Source of the DNA: Blasia pusilla
Lineage: Eukaryota
Length of the DNA stretch: 64,000 nucleotides
Assembly (NCBI GenBank): GCA_050084515.1
Contig: CM114271.1
Coordinates: forward strand, 1,054,001-1,118,000
Direction: 5' to 3'
The position numbers and the translations under genes are program-made. Below, one piece after another: positions 37,590-50,600 of the stretch (position 1 is its first letter; every line of letters begins with the position of its first letter). A model generated the notes under the pieces. It did not search any database. It saw nothing but the letters and a program-made list of their open reading frames with translations, and had not been told where the DNA came from.

Positions 37590-40500
37590 CGCGTTCTTCG
37601 AATTCGGCCTGTGCTACTGGAAATACCAAAAAATGGTCAAGGAAGGACGAACACAGACTCGACCAGCTCAGTCGTGCGCCACCTGTATCGCACTGTTTCA
37701 AACTCTATGCTATCCCATTTCCGGGACGGTTTCCTGGCGGATTCATAACAACATTCTTGCAAAATCTGTCCTGCCTGTCATCACTTCAAATACGTCATGC
37801 CAAATCTAAAATATTGCCGCACTGCCCACATAGCGATCCGTTCTGCTCCTCGAACGATAGTGCCACGAACAGAATTCAAGAACCCATAACACGACACATC
37901 GTAACAAGCGACCTCACCGCTCAAAACGTGAGCTAGCGATGATCGTCTCCTCAGCTTCTTTCACGTCGCACTCTCTGCCTTCCACACGAATTACCAAACC
38001 CGCACCTGATCCACCCGACGACGAAAGTCAGACTAACGCTCCTTGGCTTCCTTCCAAATCCACGTCAGAATTCCCCTTTCCCGCCTCCTGCCTCCGCTCT
38101 ACTTTCGAATGCCACTCCTCACTCGTTCAATCCGGCCGTAGTCTCATCTTCGTATGGTGAATGACATCTCCTATTTGCTCTCCTTACGTACATTTCCGCG
38201 GCAACTGCAACATACCGTATCAGTTACCAGCAACAACGAGCAGGAGCAGCTCCTGCGAAGCTTATACTGCTTGAATTTAAGACCTCATGCAACAGTGGCG
38301 TGGGACCGACTCGAGAAACTCGGCGTTGCCATGCATGCATTCGATCCCTGGGCAGCTCCTAGCACCCAGGGACAGCAAAATTTCTGCGCGCAAAATCTCA
38401 AAATGCTTCTCCAGAGGAACCGTTGCCCTGCAATGTCACATAAGCGCCTTCTTCGTCTCTCCCCTCCTCCCTCTCTCTCTCTCTCTCTCTGTGTGATTCC
38501 ACTGCCTCCCCCGCCTTCCTGTCCGCCGCGCCTTGGGCGTCTTCAGCCTACCTCACGGCGTTTACCGGTCTCCAGTCTTTATCCACCGGCCAAACTCCCA
38601 ACACGATCGGCGATTCACCTATCTTAAATGCGCAGTTTCTTCGTCTAACCGCTTAAAGCTTAAAGAACTGGCCCGAACCTGCGATTCCCGGTTTCCCCCG
38701 CCTTCGCGCGGGTGCCAGCCGGTGACTCGCCCGCGCCTCCTGCCTGCCTGTACAGCTATCCCTCCACTGCCAAATTGCGCCTACACACGCGTGTGTATCT
38801 GACCGTCCGAGTTACCAGTACTCGGTCCGTCACTGCTCGTAGATGGTGATCATGTGCCGTGTACTGCCGGTGCCAGGTAAGTGTTCTATAATGATACGTT
38901 ATGGAGTGGGTACGTGCCGGTCACTCTCGTACTTCCTGCTCGCCCATTGGGCCAGCAGTGGCAGTTTCCCCACCGGGTTACACCTATGTCATAGTGTCGA
39001 CCGTCGTGATGGTACCATCTGAACCGCTGTCTCCACGAGCTGGTGACATATTTTACATGCGCCGGGTGGGAAGCACCCATGCACAGGTTTCGGTTGAACC
39101 TTCTGCCTTGAGGTATTTTTCACCGTCTGCTCTCTCCTTTCCCTGCAATAGATTGCCTTGCCCATGTTTTGGCCGCCGTGCCAGCCAGGCTAGGAGGCTA
39201 CCAGTCGTCCGGTCGTTGGAATCCACAATCCTTTTTCGCGACTCTGAAATATCTCCTCCGGCGTAGTACCTGTACCCGCCTGGAGTGCAACACGAATCAC
39301 TTGTACAACACCGGAGGATTCGTAGGACACGCTTGCCTGCTTAGGGGGCCCATGTCGGGGGTACTGCGTCCCAGCCCAAGGCACGGTTGAGATCTTACTT
39401 CTTAGGATGCCGAACCCGCGCCAAGACTCTATACTATGTGCGGAAAAAAAACATCAATGGTATCATCCATTTTTGTGGCTTTTTTAAAAACCAAATTTTG
39501 TTACAAAGTGGGCGTCTTATTTAACTAGTGTGAAGCCATGCAGGAAGTGAATTCTAATCATGTTGCACACAAACGTTTTTTATGCTCACGGAATATAAAT
39601 CATTTCTTCTTACCCTTATACTAAGAAACATTTTCTTGCTGCCCGTTGTCACATGTCATACAAAGAGGTGTTTGCAAATCAAGAAGACACTCTTCAATAA
39701 TAATATAGATTCGGAGAACGGGAAAGTAGTTTTCAGTTTATTTGAAAACGAGGATAGTATGGCCATATGACAATTTGTGGTTGGTATTGACTCCCTTCTC
39801 TTGAGTGGCGTTCCATTCGATAGGATGGGAGAACCCTTGCCTTGGATATTCCATACGGTGTCCTTCCATGGACATCGCTTGGAATACCATGTACCAAGGG
39901 CCGAGGGGGCTAGCAAGAACTAAAGGTTCCATCCATATGTGGCCGCAAAGAGATAAACATTTTCCCTAATAAGACGGAACATATAATTGATATTGATGTG
40001 AATCACGGGTTCAAATTACCAATTCATATGATTATCCATTAGTACTAAAATTTCTCAAGTGATATTTTTAATCAATTCCAAATGATTTATGGGTTGAAAG
40101 TTGGAACAAAGCAATTGGTTATGAATGTCGTGTATGAAGAAGAGAGGAGTTTGAAAAATGAAGGGGCACTCTCAATAATAATATAGATGTTTGGTCATCA
40201 CACGACCACTAAAATAACTAATCATTTTTTGTGTCTAAGAGTTTTAGTCGAAAAAATATCCAATGACCACCTTAGGTCATTGCATCTGAAGGCTCATGAG
40301 TTGGGCACCTAAGAGTTGGCTCCCAAGGTCATGTGCAACTTTGTAATAACGGAGGTTAGCAACTCTCAAGGGAGATAGATCTCCATGCTATCGCTCACAT
40401 TCAAATCAATCGTCCAAAAGTTAATAAGGACTCGGGCCCATGCGGCCAAGGTCGCCAAGACCCGGCCCCAGGGTTCTGGATCTTTATCATCGGACGAACA

Positions 40501-41065
40501 GCATTCGTGGGACCCGAAACTAATTTGGGCCCTCAATACACAGGGCGCAAAGTTGCGACCATTTTACCTCCTATTTCCAACAGACAAGAACCGACTCCCT
40601 ACCAAGTCGCAACGACCCCGACTGCATTTCGGTCGGGAGGCGGGCGCATGGTACCGGGTCCTAAGAGTCTTGAAATTCCAATGATGTCCTCATCTTTGCA
40701 ACACGGAAAAATAAATAGACGCAATTGCACCAGAATATGCCAATAAATATAGCAAGAGATTTGACTACATTGATGTATGTTTTGTGTATTGGACATAAGT
40801 ATTTGGATTCAACAAACATAACCAAAATTGGTTGGTTGGTGAACAAATCCTTTTTAACACTACTTGTAAACTTCTATACAATGCACAACATGTAAATATG
40901 AATTTAAAAATATTCCACTTTTAGTAGATTATATATATGCTATCACTTGTTTAGAGATATGGAATTTCATGGCCTTCTCAAAATGAAAAAGTTTTCATCC
41001 TTTAGGTAAGTGCTTATCTACCATTCCCATAAAGGAGGATCTTGCTTTTATAATTTATTAATTAA

Positions 41066-41216
41066 AAGAGGATGGGGTTTGATAACCCCGTCCTCTTGTG
41101 ACAACAAGTAAGTTTTTTAATTCCTTCCCCTTACGACACCCGTCTAAGGGGGTTCGTTTTCATTTTCCTCGATTTTGAATGTTATTCACCCTTGCGGAAC
41201 ACAAACACCGACTAGT
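41066..41216 (+). mobile_element. Probable degenerate Helitron 3' end
   Basis: CCCTTGCGGAACACAAACACCGACTAG|T (about 41190-41216) resembles a decayed Helitron hairpin plus CTAG terminus. It is preceded by a hairpin AAGAGGATGGGGTT-tgat-AACCCCGTCCTCTT. The 5' end was not located. Confidence 0.4.
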
Positions 41217-44200
41217 TTACATGTAATATAAAAATGGATTTCAAAAGCTCATGATATACTTTTCTCCCTTTCAAGTCCCAATATTATTATCCTAGGACAA
41301 ATCATTCTAAAACCTTTTTTCCACATTTCTCAAGTCATTGTTCTTCAAAATCCTTGTCATACTCATGATTTTTTCATACAATATTTACTTTGACACATCA
41401 GTATTATATTATTCACGTTGCAAATAAGAGAGCAAAATAATAAAATCCCAAAAACAACTTAGAAATTAGACTAGACATTTCGATCTTAAACATACCAAAA
41501 GCCGTATGGCGTGAACCATCAAGACATACAACGTCCGCATAAAACTTGTAGAAACGAGACAGTCCATATCCCAAATAATGTAAGACTTCATTTTTTATTT
41601 CCTTTAGGTCTCTGTTTCGGAAAGCCAGAAAGGAGGGGAAACGTCGTGGCTTCATCAACCAGGTGGAGGCCGGCATGGCCGACAGGCTGCAGGTAGAGAT
41701 CGGCACCTGAGAGAATATTCACATCCAAGAATGAACATTCTCCCTTAAACTACAGGTCCGTACCATAGCGTTCCTCCCGCTGGCGACTCCGTTACAGTAG
41801 CTGGCTACGTAGCTAGGTAGCTGCTAGGAACGGGAGCTAGACTCAGCTTCTCAGTCAAGTGGAGTCAGTGAACTCGTGGGCTGAGGTAACGCTCTGGCGA
41901 CTCGACAGTGGCGAGGATCTTTAATTAATCTGTAGATTGTATGAGACTACAGTACGTGTCACTCTGGAGGAGCTACGTCTGGCCCTAGCAGTCAATACCT
42001 GCAGGGCAGAACAGATGCCTTTAGTACGCCCAGGATAGCCATTACTGCAGTATGGCGCCGCGGACACTCAAACTCTGAAATATAAAGGCACCGTTAAAGG
42101 CCACAATTCCATCTTTCCACGATCTTTAAGACCTTGTAATCCACTGTTCGCTCAGGCGACATTGTCCAAACTTGGCCGGCGAACGTGCGGAAAAGGCCTC
42201 TATGGATAAGGAGGGCGTATTTATCGTATTAAATTTATATTCTTTTTATCGTAAGGGTCCTATATACTATACATACGCTCGTAAATTCACTCAACATGTT
42301 AAGAAAAATGTAAAATATTGGTTTACGGATTAGTTAAAATTTTAAATTTTTTTCAAATTTGAACCATTAATATAGGTGATCTGCCACTTGTGTACGTTCC
42401 ACATACCATCATCGCTCCGAGTCAGATTCACGATTTTATTTAGTCTCCATAGTATTTATTGTAACTGTGTTGACCCTTATTTTTACGTTTATTCCTCATT
42501 TTTACATTTATTCTTGGTATTAGATGTTAAATAATACATTCTAATGATTATTGAGAAGGTAATAATACGGGGTTTACAATGTGAATGGTAACGCGATAAA
42601 ATACGAAATTCCACGGCTTTTCCTTAAGTATCTTACAACTAGTTGAATCTTTATAGATGGAACTCTAATGCTTTTGAAATGCATAAGAACTACCGCAATC
42701 ATTGTGACATGAGTATCTCGAATCTACTTGAATGGTTGTAGTGGGAGGAGTTTGTATCCGATATGAGCCACTAATGACATGGCTAGCCGCTTCTACAACA
42801 CAGAATAATAATCACATATTCGTGTAGCATTCTCCTTTTCAAAAACATCCCTAAAAATATATAATAATGATTCATTCACTTAGATAAACAGTCGTATTGT
42901 ACAGTATAAACAAATAAAAAATAAAAATCCTGAGGATGACGACGAATCGACGACGGAATGAAGACCAAGGGGGGGGGGGGACCTATTTTAAGGCAGACCC
43001 TAGAAATAATCAGATCCCATCCGGACAGGAGAAAATATGCCTTCCCCAGATCTGTCTTTTGCAGATGGAAGCGGCAACGGCAGCGGAGGAGTTTGGGGTT
43101 GAACTGTTGAAGGGAGGAATTCGAATAGGGAAATTGTCTCCGGCACTTGAAATGGTTTGTGGACTGGTTGAGGTGTGATTTTGAAACTCAGGTGCGATCG
43201 CGTCCGCACCCGCAGGATTCTCTCATTTCATAAATTTCTTTGACTAGAAGACTACAGTAGCGGTGTGTCGTCTCGGAATACCATTTCTCTCGGACCAACA
43301 TTCTCCCAAGAACTCGTGGTTTGAATCGGCCGACGAATGACAAGAGTTCGCGTAGATTTTGACTAGAAGTGATATATGTGTGACCTGAAGCGAGCGCACT
43401 TCGTGGGATATTCTACGATCAATTGCGGAGAACCTGTGGCGATTAGGGCATTCAAACTTTCAAAACTTTTCGTTCAAAAGCGTCGTAGGGTAGTTATCAT
43501 TTAGATGGAAACCTATTTCCGTCACTTCCGACCTAAGCCGACTGCTTTGATTAGATGACATCAATGCGCGCGATCCAAGTAAACGCATCATTACAAGGAA
43601 GCAACAGACCATCAGCGATTTCGCGAGCCACCTGAGAGAGGGAGACGACATAGCCGGCGTGGTGTGATGGCCAACTACCACGTTTCTTTCAAACAGGTGA
43701 GATCTGCTCTTGAGTAAGATTCGCATTCGCATTATGCGTGCATGCATGTACAACAACTAGGGTAGGCTCGAAAGGACTATGAACCTGATGGATTTCAGCG
43801 CTCCCCTTAGTTGTCGCAGTGTTTATACATATGAAATAGTCGATGCGACCCGTCAAGTAAATAAAATGCGACCGAATAGTCGTCGCATTTTAAGTGCGCA
43901 GGTATATTCTAAACTTGACTGGACAATGAAGATTCATACCACAAGAAATTCTGATCATCTAAGTCGAGATTTGGAACTTTAGAAGTCTAAGCTAAAAGAT
44001 CCCGTAAGAAAAGTCGTAGTAAAATCCGTCGGGCACTTCATGTAATACTTACGGGGAAATTATAAGAGTTAGCCAAGAATAAATATGAAGACTACACTCC
44101 CGTAAAGTAAGAATAAGACTTTTGAGGTTAAAAAGGAAAGAAGATAGAAGGAGGAAGTCAATTACGGGGAGATGTCGTCCAAAAAGTAACGGTGCCGTTG

Positions 44201-45477
44201 GAATATTATGGACGGCGCAAGAATCTTGGTAAATATTTGGTCAAAAGAAAATCTCAAGGAAAGAGGAGAAAAAGATTTGAGTTAAATTGACCAAGTAGTG
44301 AGAGTGACCTAGGAAGAGGGAAAATTCTCTACCATTCAAAGAGAGCCAAATGGAAAAAGCTCCTTGGAGGTGAATTGGAAGGATAAGTTAGAGAAGACTA
44401 AAACGCATTTTGGAGGAGAAAGAGAAGTTGTCAAGTGAAGGGGGGTCAGAAATCTGCTGCAGAAAGTTGGAGATGACGTTTTAAAGCTTTGTGAGAGTTA
44501 TTTGGGAACGCAAGGAGATTGAGACGCCATTGGAAAGCTGGGAAGGCGAGAGTTTTGTCAAAATTTGAATCACCTCAAGATTGTTTCTACAGCTCTCAGA
44601 AAGGGAGATTAAGTGCGCGGGGGTGCTACTGAACAATTGATTGCTGATTGAAACTGTGTGCAATCAAGAGAGGTCAATGAGGAGATTGAAGAGAGAAATT
44701 GATGACATCTTGGAGAATCTGGAGACTTGAGGAGATAAGATCAGTGCCTCATTCAGTTTTCACAGTAATTGTTGTTGGGATTGGAAGAAGAGAGAAAGCA
44801 AGGAGTCTTTGAAGCTTGTAGACTACCATACGGGTTTGATAACTGGGTTCTAAAGCCTTGGGTCTTGAGTTTTGATGATCAGACTGAGTGGTCTTCTTGT
44901 TAATGAGAACCGAGCCCTCAATTTTGTATCTCAGAGTTCAGATTTATAGTTGAAAGTGATTTGAGTGGTGAGTGGCGCGTGCAAAATTGCTTTATTGCCA
45001 AAAGTTTCAATTTTGTCAATAGTGGTCACCTGATTTTGGCGTTTAGTAATATTTTCCGCGATATTAGTCTTGCCGTGCAATTCGTCTGGAATCGTGCGGA
45101 CGTGTTTCCGCATCAATTCTCGTAAGAATGTCGAATCGTCAAGACGAGCAATAATTGAAGATATGTCCAATACGAAAGAAGGAAGAAGCGTGCGCTGGTC
45201 ACCGGGCTCCGACGCTAAGATCAGTGTTCCCATAGGAATCGAGTGTTTTTTTTTTCCCTTTCATCCTGATTTTTCTATTCTTTTTCATGATCCGCTTGAA
45301 GAGATTTTTCCCCTCATTTAATATTAGAAATCGTTTCGCTCAAGACAAGGAAAGTCAAAACTGAATGTGACCCCCATATTTACTTTCTTGGTCAATGGTT
45401 AGAATGACGATTTAACGAATTATTGAGAAATACGGGGTAAATGCACAGCTACTCTATACTATTACAATAGATGACTA

Positions 45478-46072
45478 TCCGTGCTGATCTCTACATGACG
45501 AGGGAGTCTGAGGTGGTGGTAGCGGATGTTGTACGTAGGAGGCGGTGCGAGCCCAAGTGGTAGCACAAGTGAGATTGCTACAAGGAGCGGCGGCGGCGGC
45601 GGCGGCAGTCAAGAAGACCCACATTTATAGTGGACTTCATGACGGACATCGATTATCCCCCTAGCCATTGAGATGTACGGGGCGATGGGGGAGACGTTTG
45701 ACTCGTTCCTTACGGATTGCGCCCATCATCTCCAGTCGAGAAATGGGTTGTCCTTAACCACTGCGATACTTTATTGTAGGCAACGGGTCTCCATAGCTTT
45801 GCAGCGCGCCCAGGCAAATGGGCTTCTGCGGCGAGCTCAGGCGGTTGGAGACGCCAATGCTAGAGGCCCACTTAGTAGTAGTCATAGTTCTCTAGGTGTT
45901 GCTGATATTGTCTCTGCTGTTGATGATTTTAGTCGTTAGGGGGAAAGGCCCCCTTCTTTCTCCTCGGAGCCGGATCTGGCCTCTTGAGGTCTATTTTTTG
46001 GGTCTCCATGCCCCCTCTTTTGTATCGTGATGAATTTCCCATCCTTTTTTTACATATATATATTTTATTCCG
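45478..46072 (+). mobile_element. 5'-truncated non-LTR retrotransposon with a restriction-like endonuclease (RLE) C-terminus, CRE-like
   Basis: Flanked by the 10-bp direct repeat TAGATGACTA (45468-45477 and 46073-46082). With frameshifts it translates as RADLY..VVADVV...AAAVKKTHIY..IPLAIEMYGAMGETFDSFLTDCA..YCRQRVSIALQRAQA, followed by a stop and an AT-rich tail. Confidence 0.72.
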
Positions 46073-47619
46073 TAGATGACTACATGGAACAAAACCTCAG
46101 CTGATGGCACCCTCCTTTGTATTTCCGATGGGTTTTCCATCACGCGTTTTAATTGAAGTTCATCATTCTTCGCTGATGACTAAGTACTATCAGCTAATTA
46201 GTCAACAGCCAAAGGGCGAGATGAATATGTTGATAAACACGAAGACGCTTTTGGAAATTCGGAAACAACTACTACTCTTTTTCCGAGGAAGGAGGCAAAA
46301 TACCAAAGGGCTATGGAAAAGTTTAATCATTGGTGGGTCCTCAACTAAGTGGAAGTTGGTGCCGCTCGACACTCGTTTCTGAATGTCCACACGATCCACA
46401 CACTCGAGCATTGGCGGTCGATACGGCGCACTCATTCGGAATTCCGTCATCCCAAAGGTAAGCACGGATCTCCTGCAACTCTGAGTGTCAAGCTCCACCA
46501 ACCAGAGGGAGACATAAAGAAACAAACAAAACCAGCATACTACCTTCTACTTATAAAAACTCCGCTCTCAAGCTGCGTCCGTCCAAAACGCGAGTGCTGT
46601 AAAGCGGAGAACACTTGCCTCCCCACGAAAGGATGGGCTAGGTGCTACCCGCAAAGGCATCGTGGCTAGGTGGCAGAATGACAACAGACATCTTCTCGGG
46701 CTCCTATTTCCCCCGATACCGCTGATGATACGACGTCTTTAGGTGCCCAGTGTCGTTTGGGAGATGAGTGATCGCCAACACACAGTAGTGTCTTAGCACC
46801 GTTCGCAGTTTCCACGACCACGTCCATTGTCACCATAGAAGAGAGCTGGCAGCTTTTGTTCTCACCTGCCTACTGCATTTAGGGCCTACTGCGGACGATG
46901 GGGTACCATGTACAACCCAGCAAAGCTTTTCTGGTGGAGACACAACCTCCAACCGTCTTAGGGCGAATGAAACAAGGAACGGCTACGGTGATCGCTATTT
47001 CGCAGAAAATGCCAACAGGACGTGGACGCTCGGTCCTCGTCGAAACTGCCAAAGCTCATTCCCTCACGAATGAATGATCGAACTTACAAGTGAGAATCTA
47101 CCGCAATCGCCAGGAATGGAAATCGTTAGGGCACTTTTTGACTCAGTTGTTGAACGGGAGGACTAATCAGCAGAGAGTAATCACCTCGTCATGTTCGAGA
47201 ACGATTCGTTTATTTTTATACCATGCCTTCCTCTCAAAGTCCGTCACCCGGTTAAATAATATATCCCAGGCACATTAGCCTAAATAAATCGGGATAACCT
47301 ACTATTCCCCTAAAGTCGGGCCCTTCACCAATAATTTAGGAACACCACTTTCTGGATGGTTGTCATGACACCCGACGATTCTTACAACTCATCCAATCTC
47401 CACCACCTTTATATTCCAAGAGAATGTCAGTCACTCGCACGAAGTTCTACTTCAGTCACGCAAACCTCATGAGCCTCTCTCTCCCTCATCAGTAGTGGGT
47501 CCCGAACCGAAATAGATCACTTCCCACCTCTAGAGAAGAGCCACACTCTAGAGACGCATCCTTTTGCGGATGGGAATCGCTTATCTGTAAGGAGAATGCG
47601 TATCTGGTCTGGGAAGTGT

Positions 47620-50600
47620 CTACTTCCAGTAAGTCGTGGAGGGATCGCCGAAGGGGCAGTCCGGGTAGCGACAAGTCCAGATGAGAAACTCGTTGAATCG
47701 CTGTGCGCGTTCTTCCCGTGAAAGCTTGTGCACCCAATCTGGCATGAAGCATTCTTGTTCCGTGAGTTCCGTTGCAAACTCGTGAATTCGGCTGATGCGA
47801 GGAACGCGACTCTCCTCGAAGCTGTCCACACAGAGCGTGTCGAGTAGATAGAGAGCATCAGAAGCGGACCGCCAAAGAATGTCTCCGCGGGCAACGGGTC
47901 TGCGCGGTGGTTTTGTTTTGAATTTGTTTCCAAAACCACGAAACCATCCTCTTGAAGGAATGGTCGTTGGAAAGCTTTATGTCATCATGTGTTCTTTTTT
48001 TTAAAGTAAAGAATATTATAGTTTTAACATATTAGAGAAATTCCATTCGAACACCGTCAACAAGTGCGATGAAAACTTAACTAAAAAACCACAAAAATGT
48101 AGAATAGACACTCTAACAATTAAACATATAAGCATAGAATGAAACAAACGAACACAAGTTGGGATTCTTCTTCTTCTATGATTTCTCTCTTTTCTTTTTT
48201 CGCTTCCTTGTTTAATGGGAATAATCTACCAAAATTACCATCTCTTATTTTGCAGTAAAGCTTTTATGAACTTGAATCAAGAAAAAAAAAAAAACAAGCA
48301 TCTGTAAAATCGTCGAGAAAAAAATGTACACTATTATTTTATCCACCCCCTTCTTCCGGTGATGCCACAAATACATTTTTACCTCCTCCCATAAATCTAA
48401 ATCGAGATACATTTAGCATTATGCTAGTTCTTGATAATGATCATTTTCTTTCAAGGCAACCCATAGAAACCACAATAACTTAAGTAACTGCATCTAAACA
48501 ACAGAAACAAACTCCATTTTTATAAAAACAATATTTAGAAAATTAAATTCGGACAAATAAAAAGAGGAGGATGCAAGAAAAGCGGAGCAAACACGACCAC
48601 GTGGGACAATGGAGCAATCATCTCCTAAACGGCTACAAATGGAGTGTCGCCTGGACCTTCGAATGGCCACCGGTATTGCGGACGAAGGATCCGGTGCCGT
48701 GAAACCCCCTTCCAGCGCGACGGAGAGTTGATGCGCGTCTTCAAAAGCAGTTCGCGCTCCCATTCCGAGCGCCGAGTACATTCCGTGTGCAGCTGTCGTG
48801 TCATGCAGAGGAGGGATGAGATTGGGAGGAAAAAAACTACTCATCATCATGTGGTCATTAGTTTCATCACAAGGAGAAGCATAGCACGCTAAACCTCGTT
48901 TAGGCTAAACCCCACCCCACAAGTGACTGCATAAGCAACTCGTGAACATCATATAACGGCTTTCTAAACGGTCAGCAAACGGTCAATGATGATTAGGACT
49001 GGAAGGCCTCGAAATACTACAGATGAGTATCGGACGGTCAGCAGGTATGCAGGGAATCAAAAACTGTAGTCTTTATGAAGAATTTTTCGAAATGAATGGT
49101 TTAATAGTGATGTTTACTTAGCGGATCAGTGAATTACATATTAATTTTAGGGTATCATCTAAAGCAGGAGAAAACATGTTCATGCTGAGAATACTTTTTA
49201 TTACAAAATCATTTCTTACACATAAACTTATTGTATTTTCAATTTTGTATCGGTGTGATGTATGGGATCAAAGGGATTTTCTCTTCTCCTCGTAGTTGGG
49301 TTCATGTCTTGGAGCTATTCTATGTGCCCCCTCTTATCTTAACCTTCCCTATTGGTTTGAAGATACGGTATTGGTTTGAAGATACGGTTGGAGAAAAATC
49401 ACAATTTTCCTCATCCCTATCTCAAGTGCAGAACCCTAAAAAAAAGTCTATAACTTGTTCACATGTTCAAATAAAAATGTAACAAATATGGATTTCTCCT
49501 GTTGTTAGAATAAGGTTAGACTCACAATTAACATATTTAAAATGTAAAATACTGGATAATAACACCGAAAGTGTAATGCCAAATGTTTGAGGAAACTTTT
49601 GTGATCCATGACTATAATTAATAGTTCTATGGAGCTGTGTGTATTTGAGAAAGCTCAAATTTTAGGTATGACTTTGATTGTACAAAATATATTGAAGGTA
49701 AATAGTAGAATCATCTTAGGTCAAATTTCAGTTATGATTATGATTGTTAAAAAAAAGTGTAAAATACATAATAGTATTCTATCTATATTGAAGACACAAT
49801 GGCCACCCATCTAAACATATTCTTAATACCTACATTTATTATCAAAAGTAGGAGTTTTGTTTCCAAAATTACTTACCTTTTCAAGAATTTCCAATTATAG
49901 AAACAATAGATTTGTTACAAACTATCTTTTTTCGGATCTATTTTTATAAAATGAGGAACTGATTTTATTTCAATGATGAAATAGATGAAATCCCCAAGTG
50001 CTTGATTCGTAGCAATCCATGAATAATTTAATAAGCTGTTTTTTCCCACAATTTTCTTAAAAGACCAAGTAACTTTCCATATTTAAAAAATTCTCCCTAC
50101 ATGAAATTTTGTTGAGTGAGAATCTCCCCTTTTATCAGCTAATAATATAAGTTAAATTCATTTTAATATTTTGAGTATCTATGTATTATTTTATTAAGAA
50201 TATTTATCTTGCCATTTCATAATAGACTTTACCAAGTCCGTTGAAAAGACGACTTACCTGAAATTAATACCTAAAACCAAGGAGCTAATATCCTAAATGA
50301 TTAAAAACGTGCATGGAGAAATTCCGGATTTAAATCCCTAATATTTTAATTATTTTAAAATTAAATCTGTTTCTTCCACCCTTACTCACCATCTGATATT
50401 TTAAAATATTGAACTCTCTTAAAATCGAAAGTAATAAAATAAAATAAACTCCGCTGAAAACAGTGCAACGAGTAGAAATTTAAACGGTTACCGCGTAATC
50501 TACACAGAGAAATGAAGTGATAAAAGCGTGCGGCGTGTTATTATGAAAGTATAAATAGTCCCGTACCGTCGCCAATGAGAACAGCATGTCCTTCACAGTC

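Noticed and set aside
37433..38802. Plus-strand ORFs of 70-167 aa
   Set aside because: They overlap EDR2-like exon 1 and its upstream region in antisense, with no domain similarity.
44041..45466. Candidate solo LTR with 7-bp inverted ends TGTAATA...TATTACA
   Set aside because: The flanks CTTCA and ATAGA do not match as a TSD and there is no second copy in the window. Probably repeat-derived but unsupported.
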